Below are positions 55,101 through 61,100 of a stretch of DNA of 64,000 bases, piece by piece. The stretch lies in contig NMRA01000365.1 of the NCBI GenBank assembly GCA_002633005.1, positions 242,422 through 306,421 of the forward strand, written 5' to 3'. The stretch is from Phoronis australis (lineage: Eukaryota; Animalia; Phoronida). Position 1 is the first letter of the stretch. Each line of letters starts with the position of its first letter. The notes under the pieces were generated by a model that made no database searches, was not told where the DNA came from, and saw nothing but the letters and a program-made list of their open reading frames with translations. Position numbers and translations under genes: made by a program.

Positions 55101-58100
55101 TGTAGCATAATCATGTAAAATTAAGATACCAAAATCAGTATATTTAAAACTTTCTGTCGAATAAGAGATAACTAGAGAAGGCACTGTACACGGTTTTAAG
55201 GCTAAATTGTTATTTAAAATTAAGATTCGAACGTCAGTGTATACAAATTGCTGTAACCACAAACAGAAATAGTTAGAGAAGGCACTATACAAGGCTTTAA
55301 TGTAGAATTTTTTTAACAAACATGTCAGATGTGTAAGACTTACCCTTAAATAATTGGTCACAATAAAAGTCTACCTTCAACTCAGCATCACATTAATGTG
55401 TAAGACTTACCCTTAAATAATTGGTCACAATAAAAGTCTACCTTCAACTCAGCATCACATTAATGACACTCTTTCCATAACATTTTTATTCCAAACTTCA
55501 TACAACACATTTCTTCACAATTCAATCAGCACTCTCTCCAACTGATGACCTTTCACTTTTGTTCAAAATAAATAAACACGATATAATACAGAATTTAATT
55601 TTTATGTTTCCAATAGCGAACAATCTGCAGCTCGCTAAATGTTCCCATTTTGGTGATGTCCTGATACCTTACGATTAATGAAATTCGTTCCATGTTTTAA
55701 AATAATGAAAACTGAAGTGTCGAAAATTATAGTAGTTCAAACTAAAATATGATAATATAGAATATCTTTCAACAGGTTCTTACCAGCCTCAGCTCGTTTC
55801 ATCAGAACCTCCACATTCTTTGCTCTTCCAGCAAGACAGGCATAATGTAGGGCAGTACGACCTTCAGATGATGCATGGTCGGGGTTCACACCTCTGGAAA
55901 AGACATGACAAGCAACAGTGATTCACCACTGGAAAGAACAACCACAATTGTTACGCTATGTTTCTATTTCTACACCAGGTGAAGTAGAAGCAAGTTAGTA
56001 CATCAAGAAAACTGATCATCGTTAGTTTAAATACACGCTGCAGTTCATCATTCTTTGGTACCAGGCATATCTTTCTTAACTTATCTAAGAGATTTTACAG
56101 GGTCCTAAACCTTCCAACAAACTATGGTAGTGCATTCTCTTACCTATCCAAGAGACACTACAGGGGGCACTGTACCCCACCATCTCAGCGTGCTGCATAA
56201 GGCAATACCCAAAACTTCAGATTTCCCGCACATACTTATCCAAGACATGCAGCGGGGGCACCGCTCCTCACACAAACCTCTAAGTACTGTTTAAGGTAAT
56301 GCTCAAGACTTGCTCAAGTTTTGTCTTTATTATCCAATCCAAGATAAACTCCGGAGGGTGCTGAATCCGATACTCCTCAGTGTGTCTTACATGGTAAAGT
56401 GCATGACTTTAGCTTTGTGTTACTTACTTATCCAAGAGATACTACAGAGGGCGCTGTTCCCCACACACCTCAGCAAGCCAGAACGGCAATGCCCAAAGCG
56501 AAAGCTCCTTCTTAGTTATCCAAGGGATACTACAGGGGGTGTTGTACCTCACACACCTCAGCGTGCCATAAAAGGCAATGCCCATGATATCAACTTTGTC
56601 TTACTTACTTATCCAAGAGATACTGAAGGGGCCCTGTACCCTCACACACGGCGGCATAATGCAGAGGGCGGCGCATTCTACCATCAGGCATGTCATACTC
56701 TGGTACAATGGACATCAGTCTAGACAGGTATTTGGTGTTGGGGTTAATTGCTGCAAAGTGCACTGGCGTAACCTATGAATGACCAAGGGAGAATAATTTC
56801 CTAAACAAACTAAATTCGTTCAACAAGATTCAACACCAAAATATTATTTTCTGTTTAGTACTGACCCCGCCATCAACATTTAGATGAGTGTACAAAATGT
56901 ATGCTTTTGAAGGAACAGGGCCAAGATTGCAATTGGTGTGCACTTTTGAAGGAGAAGAGTCATGGTTTGCTGATGGTGTGCACTTTTGGCATAAAAAAAT
57001 CAACACTTTATTGCATTTATTTACCACATCAAAAATTGTTTGAAAACAACTGTAGTTTTAATGCACCAAATCAGAGTACAGAGGAACACCAACACTGGAG
57101 TCCTAAATATAAGTATTACTTTACACTAGTTTACCTCAACAAATTTCATCCTACAAAATAACAATATTTTTGTACACCTTCAGAGGAGGCAGTGAGGCCT
57201 AGAGTGATAAATGACTGCTTCCCGTACTCAATTGCGGGTTCCAGTCCCACTGGGGCACACGACTCTTCAGTAAAACCTCGAACTCCTCAGCTCACTTCTA
57301 ACTATACATAAGTAAAGCATAAAAATGATTCCAGGAGATCAGTGCCATGAGCGCGCCTGAACAACATACAAATGCCGGGTACAACGTGTACCAGACTGCC
57401 TGCAATGTTTGTACACTGATAAAAATGTCTGGTATTGTAAAAAGACCTAGTATATACTTTCAATATTTTGGACTAAATTTTAACCAATACTGTCTCAAGT
57501 TTCTCCTGAAATGGTGTTAGATGCACATTTAAATTTAATAGTTTAATCAACAAAAACATTTTTCGTACCATCTGGTCTTTCCAAATACACAAGTCCCTTC
57601 CTTCTAATTTAATTAAATTCCAAGCTGAAAGCAATTTAATCATAGGCAATCATGTGAACAATGAAATGGGAGTTCAAGGCTTCCCACCAGGTTTTCTTTA
57701 ACAATCATGGATACAAAAAACGTTGGATTTTTTCAGAAAGCACTGGATGCCAAGACATGTGGAGAATAATTTACAACCAGCATGTGCCATAAGCTAGAAG
57801 AAATATCAAATATACTGAGCTTTCTTTTAAACTGGTGACATAGCAACAAATAAAATCAGTAATATACTATGAAATTCAACTTATAAAGAAATGAATACTA
57901 ACCTTTGAAGACAATGTCTTCTTTCTCACAGAAGCTTCTCGTAACGATGGACGAAGGTCTTGCTTGTCAAACACCAGAACCTGAAATAAGTTGGCACTGA
58001 CTAATAATAACCGCAAGATTAATACATGATTCATTTTTAATAGAGAACAAAACGTTGACATCCACTTCAAAAGTGTTAACATTAGCCAAAATTAGAACTA

Positions 58101-61100
58101 ACCAATGTTAAGGAAGCCTTCTATCAAACAAAAGAATAACGAAAATTTTAGATTTTCTGATAATTTTTCATGTCCTAAATAAAAGAGACTGTCAAAATTC
58201 AGGAACTTTTGCTGCAATTCAACCTTGACAGCCCTCTCTTAAGTTCTATTTCTGACCAATATGTGACCTACTTACATCATGATGTAGGAAGTTAGTCGTA
58301 TCTTGGAGACCGTTTGCCACTAAATACTTCATGAGTTCACCTGCTGCTTTACGTTGACCGTATTCAACGGCTCGAACCACAAGAGCCTCGGTATCCTCAG
58401 GTGACATCTACAAACCGTAGAAAATACAATATTCAGGCCACCCGATGCTTTGATTTTGGGGCTGAATATAGACCCCATTCTCCTAATGAAAAACATCTAA
58501 AAATCACATGAAATTCCCCCATACGGTCCAAAATTACCCTACTAACGTACACAGCCTTTAATATGGGGGGGCTCAAATCTCTAACAAAGTGAACCTTTTG
58601 CTAACAAAAAAGCGAGAGGACTAAAAAAGAAAGAAGAAATGGTGAACCACCATCAGGTCTGTGAAGTGTGCATCTGCGCCTTCTTAGTACACTTTTGTCT
58701 CGTTTTCTCAGACTTTTTGTTTCGCTGAGGCAGACCTTTTTACTCGCTTTGCCAAATGGGGGGGGGGCTCGAATGAACCCCAACAAGGTGCACGCATGCT
58801 AAAGTGGTCTCTGCATATTCGCTTTTCAGAAACTAGAGCAACAATAGGGCATTGACATGCACCCACGGAACACTGCAAACAATATGTTGCTAAGGGCCAC
58901 TAGAAGGTGCTGTAGATGTCGAATCATCCCAAAAATCAAATGGTGCCGGCGGATTGACATCATACACCTGTAAGTCAAGTTTCATTGAAATCCCCCAATC
59001 ATTCTTTAGATACCATCTAGAAACACTCTTCCCCCAAACAACACTTGAAAAGTCCATTGTTATGATGCTGCAGTGGACAAATTCACCCAAAAATGAAGGG
59101 TACGGCGCATTGACATCACAAATGTCCCTGTCAAGTTTCGCTGACATCCATCAATCCCTTTCTAAGATATCATTTGAAATTGCTCTTCCATCAATCAACA
59201 CATGAAAACCCCTTGAGAACAAAATAGTCAAAAAGCGGTGCAGCAGAAATCGAATCTGCCTGGAAATTCAATGGTGATGGTGCATTGACATCACATACCT
59301 CTGTGTCAAGTTTGATTAAAATCTGTCAATCAGTTCTCCAGATATCATCAATAAACGCCCTTCCCAAGAAATACTAAAAAAGCCACGCTTCCCCGGACAT
59401 AAGGGGGTGGGGGAATGTTAGGAGGCATGAACCGTTCTAGTGATGTCCTATACCCTTGTGCCAAATTTGAACAAAATCCCACAAGGGCTTTTTGAGAGCG
59501 GACACTGGATACCTGGACAAAGTGACGACCACATGCAACAAAATATACAATATATGTGGCCACATAAAAAGTGCACTGTGAGCTTGATAAGAAGTGGCAG
59601 TCTATTGGTTTGTGTTGAATCATGATGGTCCATGTATCGGCTAGTGTTCAATTTTGTGCTTGATCTCACAACCAGCCAATTAGTCCTGTGACTAGCTGGG
59701 CCATGATATCTGTCAGTTCGGCCCATGTTAAGAAATCACTTCCAACTTGAGTAAGGGCGTAGTTGAGACCACTAACCGTGAGTGGCCTGAAGTGAAGTTA
59801 TTTTTGGACAGATGGTGGGTTCATCATAGGTGGATTTAGGGGGGCAGTGCAACATCCCCATGAAAAACGAGCAAAGGAAAATAACACCGTCAACATGCCA
59901 TTTTTGAAACTACATGGACTTTTTTCCTTCGAAAAATGTAGATGTGCTAGTGTTCCTAGAAGCTTTAAAACTTACAGTATCTCTAAGGTTTTCCTTTGTA
60001 TTTGAGTTACTGAAGAGATCATAAACTTTCCGCATGGTCTCCACTTGGGCTCCCTTTGTAATACAATTCAGTGAAAGTTCACTGCTGTCATTGGGGCCAT
60101 ACAAGCTAACATCCTGAAAGGAAAAACAGTGACGATGCTACAAAATACAACAAGAATGATAATTACGATTGAAATAATAAGACGTATAGGAGAGAAGGCA
60201 TTTCAAAGTCAGAGGATCAGAGGTGAGGTCAGTTGGCACCATACCCCAATATTTTTACCTTCTACACAGCTTACTTGATGATTAGTTTACTGAATGAACA
60301 CAAGGTTTAGCATATTACAACCATCTCCAATAATGAAGATGACAATAGGAAATACAATTGTTATACAACATTAAAACGAATGAGTTTACAAATGCACAAA
60401 AAGGGAAATCTGTTATCAAAAGATTCATTTACAATGATAGTGGGCAAGGTAGTCTCACCTTCAACAAAGCCTTGTTGCCCTCACGGCTACCTCGACTGAT
60501 CTCAATAGTGCGTACTACACGTATCCCCAGAGACACTGGATTGTAGCTGAAAATGGACAGAGAGAATTTCAAACTTAACCATAGCCCATCACTACCAAAC
60601 TTTAATCAAGAATTGCCAATTGACCAATCAGACCTCATGCTTAGAGAAAACTTTCACGAGGCATGATTGGTTAATTTTCAAGTTCAGTCATATGAAAAGT
60701 TTGATGGTCACGGCCCCAGAGGAACTTGAAAGAGAAGGAATAAATAGTAAAGCCCCACACAGTGCTGATCCGGTCAAGGTGAAATCAAAAACATCAAAAT
60801 AGAATAAATTAAGCTACTGAAGGTAACTCTCCTCCTACATTCGATACATGGAGTTATTATTATTTATAATTTTGAAAGCAAGCTTAACATCATATTAAAG
60901 AACAGAAACAAAAGGTTCTACCCGAAACCATGAACCATTAAAACAAACTTACGGTAATCACTCTATGCTGCCACACAGCCATATGCTGCCACACAGCCAT
61001 ACGCGGCCACACAGCCATACGCGGACACACAGCCATATGCTGGCACACAGCCATATGCGGCCACACAGCCATATGCGGCCACACAGCCATACACGGCTAC

